A DNA stretch of 64,000 nt from Marispirochaeta sp. (GCA_963676835.2 CAXXFF010000004.1:1-64000), one strand, 5' to 3'. Positions 1 to 14,951 are shown, numbered from the stretch's first letter. Notes: generated by a model from the sequence alone, not told the origin. Program-made: numbers and translations.

Positions 1-153
1 TCTTTCGACTATAGAGCACATACTCAGTAACTGTTTAATCAGCTCTGAAAAACGGTCGGGTCCCCCGGACGTCTTTTCATTCGTCGGGCAGAGGGTAGTC
101 GATGGAGTACTCTCAAGCGACGACCGTAAAAGGAAAAGAAGCACACAATAATA

Positions 154-3174
<3,021 letters not shown>

Positions 3175-3408
3175 TATTAGTTTGTGCTCCTTCTTCTATT
3201 TATGCAGTCCTCAATGACGGTTACGTCATTGCGTCCTTTGGTCCTATTGAGCAGTCTCAGATCGGCAAAGCCGCTCTTCGCTGCGCGTAGGTCCTAAAAG
3301 AATGTAGTCGCAACCTTTATCAAGATGCTCTACATAACTGCCCTGAAACTCCCCTTTATGTACCGCGTACTTCCCGTTTCCGCTGTACGGTATGAATCAG
3401 GTTCTCTA

Positions 3409-3421
3409 TGTCAAAAGATCA
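3409..3421 (-). promoter_or_regulatory. boxA-like antitermination site in 16S-23S spacer
   Basis: TGATCTTTTGACA on the minus strand, matching the leader copy TGATCTTTTAAAGA. Confidence 0.55.
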
Positions 3422-3481
3422 TGGCTTGCAGCTGTTTCCAGTTGCCGCCGCGCACTCTTAAATTACTTTAAGGGCGCTATT

Positions 3482-3625
3482 TAAAAAGTGGAGGTAAAGG
3501 GATTCGCCTTCCGCACTCAGTCGTCCTGACTTCGTGCTGCAGGCCGCCTCGCTCACTGGCGAGTCACATCCCTGTGCCTCTCCCGGCCCTTATCGGGCCG
3601 CGTTCGCTTCGGTTCGAACCCCTTA
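3482..3625 (-). repeat. tRNA-linked repeat: duplicated tRNA-Ala 3' end with a structured insert in the T-loop
   Basis: 25 nt at 3482-3506 are identical to 3648-3672. A T-arm 5' half (GGGGTTCGAA) recurs at ~3613-3622, with ~106 nt of hairpins in between. Confidence 0.8.
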
Positions 3626-3654
3626 AGGCTCTTACCGTAACGTTTTATAAAAAG

Positions 3655-3728
3655 TGGAGGTAAAGGGATTCGAACCCTTGACCCCTAGAATGCAAATCTA
3701 GTGCTCTAGCCAACTGAGCTATACCCCC
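3655..3728 (-). tRNA. tRNA-Ala(UGC), CCA not encoded
   Basis: GGGGGTATAGCTCAGTTGGCTAGAGCACTAGATTTGCATTCTAGGGGTCAAGGGTTCGAATCCCTTTACCTCCA, with anticodon TGC and a G3:U70 pair. Confidence 0.97.
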
Positions 3729-3971
3729 AGGCTTGTTCGGCCTTTTTAAAGGTTATTAGCCTTATCAGGTTGGCCGGTTCCCACTCTATAAATCATATTT
3801 AAAAGATAAGGGCGAAGATTTCCGCTTATTAAAAAGCAAGTTTACCTTGTATGTTCCATACTTATCCCGTCTGTATCCCATTTACAAAAGCTTTGTCAGA
3901 CTTGCGTCTTAAAAAGCATCCGCTCAGCTTTAATGCTGATTGAGAACTATTCGTTCCAGTTCCCTTCTCGT

Positions 3972-5498
<1,527 letters not shown>

Positions 5499-5800
5499 AT
5501 AATAAGTCTCATACAAGATGAGACTCTTTAATTCACATAATAAAAGTTTGAATACTCAATTTCAGAATAAGCTGACTTATATCCGTCATTATTGAAATCA
5601 ACAAAGGTTCCCGCTTTTTATTTCTCAAATCATTTACCTGCAATTACTTACAAGCAAACAACCCGATCACGGTTATCTTCGCCCCTTCTCATATTCCAGT
5701 TAAATCCAATACCCTTTATTTACAATCCCAAGGTCATCCACTCTCTCAACTTCAGTGAACCGTCCCTCTTAACATGGACTAAACAAGGCCGTATTGGCTG

Positions 5801-5814
5801 TCTTTAAAAGATCA
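5801..5814 (-). promoter_or_regulatory. boxA-like site in rRNA leader
   Basis: TGATCTTTTAAAGA just downstream of the promoter. Confidence 0.55.
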
Positions 5815-5867
5815 TTCATCCCGCTGTTCAACCGGGTGACTCACCCCGTCGCTTCAGCGTGATCGCA

Positions 5868-5897
5868 GTTATAACATCACCTGCTGTAGAGTGTCAA
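5868..5897 (-). promoter_or_regulatory. sigma70 promoter of rRNA operon
   Basis: TTGACA-18 nt-TATAAC with an extended -10 TG and an AT-rich UP-like tract upstream. Confidence 0.75.
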
Positions 5898-6060
5898 CAG
5901 TAGTTTTAAAAAAACTTGAAAATGTTTTTCTAAAAAAACGAAATGAACACAAGTCTTACCTATTTTATGATACAGTAAGATTTTGCAGAATTAACCCGAC
6001 AAGGCAGTCTAAACCGCCCCGCAGGTTGTATCAATATCGGCACACTATCTGTATAGTTTA

Positions 6061-6561
6061 GTGAATTACGGGATCGGATTGCAAATTTCTAACAGGAAAG
6101 ATTCAGTGGATAAAGAATATTTGGAACTTCAGCAGGAACTGGAAGCAGAGGCAGGCGGAAAGATAATCAATCAGGCAGTAGTTTCGATCCGTACAGGGAC
6201 AACTGTAAATGAACTGCAGGATGGTTTATTCGGTTTACTTGCCTTTACCGATTCTGTGCTCGTTTTTAAACACTACCCGCAGAACAGCTGGATAAGCATG
6301 CTCACCCGGGGCAACAGCCGTAAACTGGAAACCAAAGAAGTAACACTGATTATTCCCATGGAAAGCATAGAAGAACTCGACCGCTTTGCAGAAACTACTT
6401 TTTTGCGGAAGCTTTTTCTCAACCCCGACCCGGTTTATACTATTTCATTTCGAGATAATCATAATTTGAGACAGACTCTGATTATCAACCTGGGATTCTG
6501 CAAAAGCGGAGAAAAAACGTACTACAAAATGCTGACAGAAAGTCTATCTACTGGCGGATGA
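6061..6561 (+). CDS. hypothetical protein (start may be GTG 6106)
   Basis: 166-aa ORF with protein-like composition filling the gap. Confidence 0.65.
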   Translation: MNYGIGLQISNRKDSVDKEYLELQQELEAEAGGKIINQAVVSIRTGTTVNELQDGLFGLLAFTDSVLVFKHYPQNSWISMLTRGNSRKLETKEVTLIIPMESIEELDRFAETTFLRKLFLNPDPVYTISFRDNHNLRQTLIINLGFCKSGEKTYYKMLTESLSTGG

Positions 6562-6577
6562 TCAACTTTTAAGCTCT

Positions 6578-6766
6578 TCAATCTTTCAGCCTGGGATTAC
6601 GACTGAATGCCGGACAGTGGACCCCATTGGCCCGGTAAACCGCCATACTCGGAAGTTCCCTGGATTTAACCCCGAACATTTTACAGCTTCTGGGAAAGTT
6701 GGGGTCCCAGGTGACGGCAAAGTATATACACTGAAGACAATTTGGTGCTCTATCTGGTGTTTCCAT
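6578..6766 (-). CDS. small 62-aa four-cysteine protein
   Basis: METPDRAPNCLQCIYFAVTWDPNFPRSCKMFG...CPAF, with CxxC...C...C. Start reassigned to the internal Met. Confidence 0.7.
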   Translation of the reverse strand: METPDRAPNCLQCIYFAVTWDPNFPRSCKMFGVKSRELPSMAVYRANGVHCPAFSRNPRLKD

Positions 6767-6772
6767 AATAAA

Positions 6773-6806
6773 AAAGCGGAGAAGGACCTTTGCCCGCTCC
6801 GCTTTT
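6773..6806 (-). terminator. hairpin/terminator downstream of hppA
   Basis: AAAAGCGGAG...CTCCGCTTTT inverted repeat with T-tract. Confidence 0.55.
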
Positions 6807-6875
6807 ATTATATCAGCACTATTCCCGAGAGGGAATCTTCCTGAAGAATCTCTTACAGAAATCTCCTGCAGAAAA

Positions 6876-8909
6876 TTAAAGGGGAATATTCGATGCGATA
6901 ACCAGGGATACAACACTCATAAGCTTGATAATTATATCCATGGCAGGTCCGGCGGTATCCTTGAAGGGATCACCTACGGTGTCACCGATAACCGCTGCTT
7001 TATGAGCCTCTGATCCCTTTCCGCCGTATGCTCCGCCTTCAATATGCTTTTTGGCATTATCCCAGGCGCCTCCGGAGTTGGCCATGAAGAGAGCCAGCAT
7101 AATTCCGGAAACAGTAGTTCCAACCAGCAGGCCGCCGAGCATCTGGGCTCCTCCGAGATATCCGACGAGAACCGGTATGATTACCGCGGAGATACCGGGA
7201 ATAATCATCTCCTTGAGGGCTGCTGAAGTAGCGATATCGACGCAGGAAACATAATCCGGTTTGGTGGTTCCCTCAAGAACCCCCTTGATTTCCCGGAACT
7301 GCCGTCGTACCTCTTCGATCATGGTAAAAGCCGCTCTTCCTACCGCACCCATAATGAAGGAGGAGAAAACATAGGGAAGCATGCCTCCCAGAATAACACC
7401 GATAACAACCCGCGCTTCGGTAACATCGATTACCTTAAGGCCTGCAGTCTCCTTAAAGGCAACAAACAGTGCGAGAGCCGTAAGTGCCGCAGAACCGATG
7501 GCAAAGCCCTTTCCGATGGCTGCAGTAGTATTTCCAACCGCATCCAGCTTGTCTGTTCTTTCACGCACCTCATGGGGCATTCCGGCCATCTCAGCCAGTC
7601 CGCCGGCGTTATCCGCGATGGGGCCGTAGGCATCAACGGCAAGCTGAATACCCGTAGTTGCAAGCATACCGATTGCCGCAATTGCAATACCGTAGAGTCC
7701 GGCGAAATAGAAGGCAAACCAGATAGCCAGACAGAGCATGACAACCGGCCAGCCGGTGGCCATCATTCCCACACCAAGACCGGAGATTATATTTGTGGCA
7801 GGACCTGTGCTGGACTGCCGTGCAATCTCTGCGACAGGCTTTTTTCCGTCGGCGGTATAATACTCTGTGATAATTCCTATAAGAACGCCTCCGATCAGCC
7901 CGGATATTATGGCAATATAGATACCGAAAGCAGTGTATCCGCCATCAAAAGTAGCAGGTGCCAGGGTGGTAACCACAGGATATGCCGCAATAAGGGTAAG
8001 AACCGATGCGCCGATAGTACCCAGATTAAGGGCAGACTGGGGGTTTCCCCCCTCTTTTGTGCGCACAAAAAAAGTAGCAATGATGGAAGCAATGATTCCA
8101 ACTCCTGCAAGCATAAGAGGCAGTATTACCAGACTCATATCCCTGAGTGTTCCACCGAGAACCATGGCACCAATGATTGATCCGATATAGGATTCGCAGA
8201 GATCTGATCCAAGTCCGGCAACATCGCCTACGTTATCCCCTACATTATCTGCAATAGTCGCAGGGTTCCTGGGGTCATCCTCGGGAATTCCGGCCTCAAC
8301 CTTACCAACCAGGTCGGCACCCACATCGGCAGCTTTGGTAAAGATTCCACCGCCTACGCGGGCAAAAAGCGCAACCGAACTTGCCCCCAGGGAATATCCG
8401 CTTATTATGGGCAGAACAAGTGCATTAAGAGTCTCACCGTCCATACCGAATATCTTTCCGTAAATAATCAGAAGTCCAGTAAGGCCGATAATTGCCAGAC
8501 CAACAACAGAAAGCCCCATAACACTGCCGCCGTTAAAGGCGATATTCAATGCCCGGACCAAACCGGATTTTGCACCATGCGCTGTTCTTGTGTTCGCATA
8601 GGTTGCAGCGTTCATTCCGATAAGACCGGCAAGCGCGGAAAATAGTGCACCCACCAGAAAGGAGACTGCCACAAGCCGACCGGCACCCTGTTCGGAGAAA
8701 AACAGGAGAATTGCAACAGCCGCCACTATAACAGAGAGGATTTTGTATTCCCTTTTAAGAAAAGCCATGGCACCGGACCGTATAGCCGACCCGATTTCCT
8801 GAACTTTCTCGTCACCCGGGTCCTGCCTTATTACCCAGCCGGTTTTTACAAACGCATACAGAAGAGATATAGCCCCCGCAATGAGGGGTAGAAAAAGCAT
8901 CCTATCCAT
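6876..8909 (-). CDS. hppA: membrane-integral pyrophosphatase, K+-dependent type (Na+/H+-translocating)
   Basis: [29 protein letters not shown] and [10 protein letters not shown] motifs. GNTTAA (Ala, not Lys) marks the K+-dependent type. Confidence 0.95.
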   Translation of the reverse strand: MDRMLFLPLIAGAISLLYAFVKTGWVIRQDPGDEKVQEIGSAIRSGAMAFLKREYKILSVIVAAVAILLFFSEQGAGRLVAVSFLVGALFSALAGLIGMNAATYANTRTAHGAKSGLVRALNIAFNGGSVMGLSVVGLAIIGLTGLLIIYGKIFGMDGETLNALVLPIISGYSLGASSVALFARVGGGIFTKAADVGADLVGKVEAGIPEDDPRNPATIADNVGDNVGDVAGLGSDLCESYIGSIIGAMVLGGTLRDMSLVILPLMLAGVGIIASIIATFFVRTKEGGNPQSALNLGTIGASVLTLIAAYPVVTTLAPATFDGGYTAFGIYIAIISGLIGGVLIGIITEYYTADGKKPVAEIARQSSTGPATNIISGLGVGMMATGWPVVMLCLAIWFAFYFAGLYGIAIAAIGMLATTGIQLAVDAYGPIADNAGGLAEMAGMPHEVRERTDKLDAVGNTTAAIGKGFAIGSAALTALALFVAFKETAGLKVIDVTEARVVIGVILGGMLPYVFSSFIMGAVGRAAFTMIEEVRRQFREIKGVLEGTTKPDYVSCVDIATSAALKEMIIPGISAVIIPVLVGYLGGAQMLGGLLVGTTVSGIMLALFMANSGGAWDNAKKHIEGGAYGGKGSEAHKAAVIGDTVGDPFKDTAGPAMDIIIKLMSVVSLVIASNIPL

Positions 8910-9153
8910 AGGACCTCCAGCAATAAAATTTTTCCATTAACATCCGTTATAACCCGGAAATTTTCAGAGGACAAGAAATATTTCGCATAAATATGCGAAG
9001 ATGACGTATAATTTTTCAGTAGTCTCACCAGCGGTAATTGATGGTCTGACAGTATCACATAGGGAACGGTCGGATTATCCGACCTTAAAAAACTTGACTA
9101 CAGCCTCAGGTGAGTTTATTGTTTCTAGTAGGGAGTCAAAAAAAGGAGGGTTT

Positions 9154-9921
9154 ATGAGCATACATTACTATCTTTCAGTTTTTCCAATGGAGGCATTAAT
9201 AGCCTCGGAGCTGGATCCTGTCCAGTTCGGCAGCTATATGGCAACAGGAGATAAAAAGGGAAGCGATGAACTTATTATATTTGCCGAGGTAAGCGAGAAA
9301 TGCAGCAAGGAGTTTGACTGGAAATATGCTGAAGAGAAATGTGTTTCCCATCCGGACGGCGATTCCAAGCATTCCGTGTACCTGTCAGTTTACCGAACAC
9401 TGGAACATATCCCATTGTCTGCGATTGGATCGATCTATCTGACAACCAGAGACGGCCGTAGTCTGGAACTGAAAAAGGGTGATGCACCGGCAAAAACAGG
9501 GAAAGACTATTTTGTGTATCAGGAACTCTGCCCCATAAAGCCTCTTATAATAAGCAGACTTGACCCGAATGGATTTGCAGCGTACATGACTGACAGGGAA
9601 AACCATGTATTTCTGCCAAAGCTTATGTTTGCGGATTTACAGGCACCCGATTTCGATGATCCTGAAAACACGGGAAACACCGGCGGATTTCTTATGAACA
9701 AGAAGGATCATTTTATGCACTGTGTTCAATCTGTTAACGGCAGTAAACCTAAACACAATAAAACATTTGACCGTTCCCACGTAGAGTCCTTCAGTTTTCA
9801 AACCATAGGAACCGGCATCTATATTGGTGATGGCAAAGAAATTTCTTTTTACCCCATGCCGGATATTGAAGAGATAAAGAACCGTGACTATGACTGGGGA
9901 CGCTCAGCCCTGCTCTATTAA
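9154..9921 (+). CDS. hypothetical protein with internal two-fold repeat
   Basis: RBS AGGAGG before ATG 9154. ALIASELDPVQFGSYMAT recurs as PLIISRLDPNGFAAYMTD. Confidence 0.8.
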   Translation: MSIHYYLSVFPMEALIASELDPVQFGSYMATGDKKGSDELIIFAEVSEKCSKEFDWKYAEEKCVSHPDGDSKHSVYLSVYRTLEHIPLSAIGSIYLTTRDGRSLELKKGDAPAKTGKDYFVYQELCPIKPLIISRLDPNGFAAYMTDRENHVFLPKLMFADLQAPDFDDPENTGNTGGFLMNKKDHFMHCVQSVNGSKPKHNKTFDRSHVESFSFQTIGTGIYIGDGKEISFYPMPDIEEIKNRDYDWGRSALLY

Positions 9922-9952
9922 TTGCATAAATATGCACAAGATGATTAATACA

Positions 9953-9978
9953 CTTTCCCCGTTTTAAACGGGGAAAGA
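9953..9978. terminator. hairpin between convergent genes
   Basis: CTTTCCCCGTTT-T-AAACGGGGAAAG inverted repeat. Confidence 0.6.
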
Positions 9979-9979
9979 C

Positions 9980-10690
9980 TTATGAAAAGTAAAGCTCAAT
10001 AGCACCTGTTTCAAGAAAGGAACGAAAAACAGAAAAGCCTGGAGATTCTTCGGTGGGAAAGCCGCTTTTCTTTGTACCTATAAGATGGGGCATATGAGAG
10101 TCTGAAGAAGCCACGGGAGTAAAATTTTCCGCCTGGGCAAGGTTCTTTTCAAAGGCAATTTCAACACCGTTAAAATCAAGATCAGGAAGAAAGCCGAGCT
10201 GGGAGAGGAGCCCGGCATAGGGCCTGTCGATATGGGATGGCACAACCAGAGCTCCCCTGGAGCGGGCTTCGTAGAAGAGGGCATCAACCGAAAGATCGGT
10301 TGCAAGCCCCAGATACTTATCCAGTTCTCCAAGGATTTCTCCATCTTTATCGACTATCACCTGATCCCCAAGCCTGGTTGCATCGTTATACACCGCGGGC
10401 AGATGATCATAAACAAAACCGGCAAAATCTTCAGCCCCTTCAAGGTCGCTGAAATAGGTCAGGACATGAGCTTCTTCGACTGTGGTTACTTCAAGACCGG
10501 GAATAAGAACAATTCCCTTTTCTTCACACAAAACGGATACCGCCCGGCAATTGGCAGCAGCATTATGGTCGCAGAGGGAGATCATTTTCAGCCCTGCAGC
10601 CTCGGCATGGTCAACAATAGCCTTCGGCGACATGGTAAGAGCACCGCAGGGGGATAGACAGCTGTGAATATGGAGATCTGCCCAGAACAC
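9980..10690 (-). CDS. PHP-domain phosphoesterase
   Basis: DLHIHS, DHN, PGLE, HIDR and SDSH PHP motifs. Confidence 0.9.
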   Translation of the reverse strand: MFWADLHIHSCLSPCGALTMSPKAIVDHAEAAGLKMISLCDHNAAANCRAVSVLCEEKGIVLIPGLEVTTVEEAHVLTYFSDLEGAEDFAGFVYDHLPAVYNDATRLGDQVIVDKDGEILGELDKYLGLATDLSVDALFYEARSRGALVVPSHIDRPYAGLLSQLGFLPDLDFNGVEIAFEKNLAQAENFTPVASSDSHMPHLIGTKKSGFPTEESPGFSVFRSFLETGAIELYFS

Positions 10691-10705
10691 CTGGAGGATT
10701 ATTCC

Positions 10706-11032
10706 CTAGAGCAGAGCCGAAATTTCGGCGCTTACCTGAAACTGATTTTTTGGTGTGGTAAAAACAGCAATGCCGTCCTGATCGGAGGCTTCACGCATAC
10801 CCTCATCGGGAGTTCGTCCGTTACAGAGAACGATAGCACGTATACCGGCAAGTCCACAGACGGCAACAGTATTCTTGTGTGCCTGAATGGTTACCAGCAC
10901 GCCGTTTTCAGGTGCGTTAGCCATAACATCACTTAAAAGATCAGAGGTGTATCCATCACTAATCTCCGCATTCGGGTCGGGAACAAAAAGAGCCTCATAG
11001 CCAAGTTTACCGCTGAAATCCTGTACAATCAT
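10706..11032 (-). CDS. DRTGG/HPr-kinase-N-like small protein
   Basis: GYTSDLLSDVMA...VLVTIQAH pattern. Confidence 0.8.
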   Translation of the reverse strand: MIVQDFSGKLGYEALFVPDPNAEISDGYTSDLLSDVMANAPENGVLVTIQAHKNTVAVCGLAGIRAIVLCNGRTPDEGMREASDQDGIAVFTTPKNQFQVSAEISALL

Positions 11033-11044
11033 ACGGAGTTCTCC

Positions 11045-11971
11045 TTATTTTCTGTTGATAACCGCTGTTGCTTCCGTACTCTGACCAAGGGCAGAGGAAA
11101 GCGAGAAGTCGTCGGACACACGCTTAACATTGGGAAGTCCCATACCGGCACCAAATCCAAGTGATCTGATCCATTCGTTAGCTGTAGAATAGCCCACTTC
11201 CAGGGCTTTATCTACATTGTCTATTCCCGGACCGGTATCTATTGTCCTGATAGTTATGTTTTCCGGATCGAGGCGAAAGATGAGTTTTCCCCCGTTGGAG
11301 TGAACCACCAGGTTCATTTCAAGTTCATAACTGGCAACTGCGGCCTTTCGTATTACCTGAGGGTCCAGTCCGTGCTGCTTGAGCAGGCGTTTTATTTCTG
11401 CACTTGCCCGGCCGGCGTTTTCAAAATCGTGGCGCACAACATAGTGCTGCAGAGACGCTACTCCCGGATCTGTATCTTCAGAAACATCCTGGGTCAGTTC
11501 GTTTTCCAGTTCTTCCACAATCCGGTTTACCTCACTTAAGAGCGTGGTATTGATATCCCGGATTGTGATAATACCGCTGAGCTCCCGGTTCTTATTGAGA
11601 ACCGGAAAGCGGCCGTATTTGTATTTATTAAAGTAGTTGATGGCAAATGAGAGAGGCATGTCATCTTCGAGGACTTTGATGGTCTTTGTCATATGACCTT
11701 CGGCCAGCTCGTCGATAAATCCCTCATCAAAGGCGGTTAGAATATCATGCATACTGACAATTCCCAGAAGACGCTTGTCCTCAACAACGGGAACTCCGGT
11801 AATACTCTTTTCTTTCATGCGGCGCTGAATAGTGCGAAGAGACTCATTCTTGGAAGCAGTAACAACCACGGGCGACATGACATCTTTTATCTTTAACCTG
11901 AAGATAAGTTCCGTAAGGGCTGTTGGGATATTCTGGGAAACGAAGGAAACAGGAGGTCTTTCTTCAGGCAC
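11045..11971 (-). CDS. CBS-pair fused to RsbT-like anti-sigma/Ser kinase (HATPase_c)
   Basis: Two CBS motifs (GVPVVED..GIVS, RFPVLN..GIIT), then ELEMNLVVH, DTGPGI and GAGMGL. Confidence 0.85.
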   Translation of the reverse strand: MPEERPPVSFVSQNIPTALTELIFRLKIKDVMSPVVVTASKNESLRTIQRRMKEKSITGVPVVEDKRLLGIVSMHDILTAFDEGFIDELAEGHMTKTIKVLEDDMPLSFAINYFNKYKYGRFPVLNKNRELSGIITIRDINTTLLSEVNRIVEELENELTQDVSEDTDPGVASLQHYVVRHDFENAGRASAEIKRLLKQHGLDPQVIRKAAVASYELEMNLVVHSNGGKLIFRLDPENITIRTIDTGPGIDNVDKALEVGYSTANEWIRSLGFGAGMGLPNVKRVSDDFSLSSALGQSTEATAVINRK

Positions 11972-12317
11972 CGCATTCCGCCGTTGTGTTCAGATGATAG
12001 AGAGCAACACACGCGTCAAATAATGATTTTTTTGTAGATAAGAGAGAGATACCCATTTCCTGGGCAAGTTTGATCATTCCTTCTGCAGGACGTTTGCCAT
12101 TTACCAGCACAACACCAAGGGCATCCACCACATTGGCGGTCCGCAGGGTCTGTTCAGAGTTGAGAGCAGTAACAAGCAGCAGGTTCTCCTTGTCGAAGAC
12201 AAGAACTTCACTCATCAGATCGCCGGCGGTAATGTTCAGAACTTCAACCGTTTCGTAATTTTCTCCGCGGTTGTATTCGGTACATTCCATGCACGAGCTG
12301 ATGTTGGCAAAACGCAT
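11964..12317 (-). CDS. DRTGG-like small protein
   Basis: AGDLMSEVL...VLVNGKRP pattern; overlaps the next gene. Confidence 0.8.
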   Translation of the reverse strand: MRFANISSCMECTEYNRGENYETVEVLNITAGDLMSEVLVFDKENLLLVTALNSEQTLRTANVVDALGVVLVNGKRPAEGMIKLAQEMGISLLSTKKSLFDACVALYHLNTTAECGA

Positions 12318-12401
12318 ACAATAGGCCTCCCTGATAGAAACAAGTATAGAGTAAAGCGGAGGGAATTGCCAGCGCTTCTATTATTGGTCAGACACCTTTT
12401 T

Positions 12402-12434
12402 AAAAAAAAGGCGGAGCCTTATGACTCCGCCTTT
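12402..12434 (-). terminator. rho-independent terminator
   Basis: AAAGGCGGAG...CTCCGCCTTT stem with an A-run on + (U-run on -). Confidence 0.75.
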
Positions 12435-12443
12435 GGGGATTGA

Positions 12444-13496
12444 TCAATTACCTAAAACAAGGCCGTCAAAATAGCCTCTGACGGAGCCGATAAAATCCTT
12501 TTCCACCGCCTTGCCGATGTCATCGTAGGCAAAGGAGCGGGCAGCTTCGTCGGTTACCCCGGAAGCTTTGTTCTGATTCTCGTAGGAGATCAGGGATTTT
12601 CCATCGGGACCGACAAAATCAAGAGAAAGCTGCCAGCGCACCGATTTATACTTGGGATTAAGCTCAATGGATTCCATACTTACCGACCCCTTAATCTGCA
12701 TCAGTGCCGGGTCTGCAGTAGGAAAGCGTTCCGAACTGAGGGACTGCCGCACAACGGAAGCTACCCGGTCGCCGGTATCTCCGGAAATCTGAATAGAGAT
12801 AGTCATTTTCGAGGCAGTATCCGCCTTGGCCTGCTGGACCTTTCTGAAATCGTATGGAACCTGAGACATGGAATAGTAGGCCTGAGAGATAATCCGCAGC
12901 TGCTCAAGCAGCATTTCATTGCTCTGGGCAATAACAGATGCGGCGGATATATAGGCATACTTGTTAATAGGATTTGACTGGGACTGATAGCTTCCCATGT
13001 AATCCTGAACAAAGCCGCTGTTCTTGCTGATAAGGTCCTGATAGATTCTTCCCGTTGCCATTCGATCGATATAGGCAATAACATGAACCCTGCCCTCGCC
13101 GTCAACTGCCGCCTCGCCGAACTGCACGTTGAGCAGCGTCTGGTTTGACTGAACATTGGTTGACTGGGCCAGCATCAGCTCGCTTTCAGACATGGACCCC
13201 GACGGACCGACAAGATCCTTGTAGCGTTCCGCGGTACTTACGTCCACGCTGATTTCTGATTTGAAGATCTGGCTTAATCCGGCCATGGCGCTCTGTTCGG
13301 CAGCACGGCGGGTATCGCCGGTACCGATGGCGGTCATGAATTTATCGTCCGGATATACACTCTGGGGATCAAGATACCATCCGGGCATATCGCCGGTGCT
13401 GCCGCCGCCGGACGATGAACCGCCGGAAGAGACACATCCGCTTACTGCCAGAAGCAGAACCAGCGTAGTAAGTGCTGTAAGTACAATTTTTTTCAT
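12444..13496 (-). CDS. LPP20-family lipoprotein
   Basis: Lipobox VSGC, P.WY motif, AEQSAMAGLSQIF; operon context with lpoB. Confidence 0.75.
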   Translation of the reverse strand: MKKIVLTALTTLVLLLAVSGCVSSGGSSSGGGSTGDMPGWYLDPQSVYPDDKFMTAIGTGDTRRAAEQSAMAGLSQIFKSEISVDVSTAERYKDLVGPSGSMSESELMLAQSTNVQSNQTLLNVQFGEAAVDGEGRVHVIAYIDRMATGRIYQDLISKNSGFVQDYMGSYQSQSNPINKYAYISAASVIAQSNEMLLEQLRIISQAYYSMSQVPYDFRKVQQAKADTASKMTISIQISGDTGDRVASVVRQSLSSERFPTADPALMQIKGSVSMESIELNPKYKSVRWQLSLDFVGPDGKSLISYENQNKASGVTDEAARSFAYDDIGKAVEKDFIGSVRGYFDGLVLGN

Positions 13497-13532
13497 GGAT
13501 TTCTCCTTCTTTCTCTATTAATGTCTGTCTGC

Positions 13533-14951
13533 CTATCTGTTGGCATAGGATGTAACAAGGTTAAGGCCGTTCTCCGTTACATTTACACTGCCCAGTTCAT
13601 CGCTGAAGATAAGCGTACCATCTGAAAAATATTCCACCCGGACCTGGTGTTCTCCAGGAGGAACCTCAAACTCTCTGACAAAGGCAAAGGCCGGAAAGTA
13701 TCTGCTTACCCGCAGGTCTGCCTGCTCCGATGCTTCAACTGCAACATCAGCAACAATGGAACCAAGGAGTCCCATAGCAAGGCCACCCTGCTTCTGCATC
13801 TGCTCTTTACCCTTCTGGGCGATAATGCCCTTGATAATCGTTCGGGTAACAGTCTTCATAAAAATAATTGGGTATTTAACCTGAAAGGTTTCCCGGGCAA
13901 TCTTTTCAATATTCTCCATAAGAAAAAGCTCACCCTGACGTTCGCCGTCAACCACCAGATAGATGGCATTGGCTGAAGTTCCCTGCATATCCATATAGGG
14001 AAGCTGGAACTTGAAGCGATAGCCACCTTCCACGCCGGGCCAGAAGAATGAGTTGTACCCGGTGGGAACAATTACACCGGAATCATCCTCGTCGGTGGTA
14101 AGAATGGAGACCTGGTTGGGCCCGGTGGCAATGGTAAGGCTTTTTGCCTTTTTAACCGGAGACCGTCCGGCAAAGGCCAGAACACTGAGGCGGGCACCGT
14201 TCTTCGGGGCCTTCAGCACCGACTTGTCCACTGGCGGAACAAAGTTATAGATATCCGGCTGGAGCTGGTAGGCCTGGAGGAATTTCTCATAATCGATGGA
14301 TGCACCGTCGATATCGCCCTCGGCACGGTAGAGGAGCATGCTTACATAACGGGCAAGGGCACTGTTGTAGAACCGGTTGGATCCGGCTTCAAGAGCAACG
14401 GCTTTATCGTCGCTGCTGTTGTAGCCAGCAGCCAGGGAGTTGTACTTGTCTTCGAGAATATTGAGCTTGGTGTTTACCCGTCGAACTTCCACAAAGCCTG
14501 CATCAAACTCTCCCAGGTTAAGGTAATCCAGGGCTTTGAAAACATTGAGGTAGATGTCTTCGTAGTCCTCACCGGAATAGTCCATGACATTGTCATTGAG
14601 AAGCAGGGAACCTGCAGCCTGGGTAATGCTGGTTGAGAAGTACTGCTCTATAAGCCGCTCGGCTTCATCGAGATGCTGAACACTTTGGGTGTAATCGCCG
14701 CCGTAGTGGTAGAGCATTCCAAGGTCCAGATAGTAGAGAACCTTGTCTTTGTCCTTATAATAGGAGGACCGGTCTTCGCCGCTCATGGAGGCTGCGGCAT
14801 CCAGATAACGGCCTTCTGCTACGGCTGCATCGATTTCTACAAAAGCTTCATTTCTGGTGGTGCAGGAAAAGAGAAAAAGGAGAGCAACACTGAAAAGAAA
14901 AGCCCCCTTCATATAATGAAAGAGGGCTTTGTTTCTGCCGGAGGCTACCAT
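13533..14951 (-). CDS. COG3014-like TPR lipoprotein
   Basis: Lipobox LFSC, YSGEDYE and EQADLR motifs; the real start may be somewhat downstream. Confidence 0.75.
   Translation of the reverse strand: MVASGRNKALFHYMKGAFLFSVALLFLFSCTTRNEAFVEIDAAVAEGRYLDAAASMSGEDRSSYYKDKDKVLYYLDLGMLYHYGGDYTQSVQHLDEAERLIEQYFSTSITQAAGSLLLNDNVMDYSGEDYEDIYLNVFKALDYLNLGEFDAGFVEVRRVNTKLNILEDKYNSLAAGYNSSDDKAVALEAGSNRFYNSALARYVSMLLYRAEGDIDGASIDYEKFLQAYQLQPDIYNFVPPVDKSVLKAPKNGARLSVLAFAGRSPVKKAKSLTIATGPNQVSILTTDEDDSGVIVPTGYNSFFWPGVEGGYRFKFQLPYMDMQGTSANAIYLVVDGERQGELFLMENIEKIARETFQVKYPIIFMKTVTRTIIKGIIAQKGKEQMQKQGGLAMGLLGSIVADVAVEASEQADLRVSRYFPAFAFVREFEVPPGEHQVRVEYFSDGTLIFSDELGSVNVTENGLNLVTSYANR

Noticed and set aside
1..150. 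5S rRNA
   Set aside because: No 5S motifs here. This is spacer downstream of 23S, and any 5S lies outside the window.
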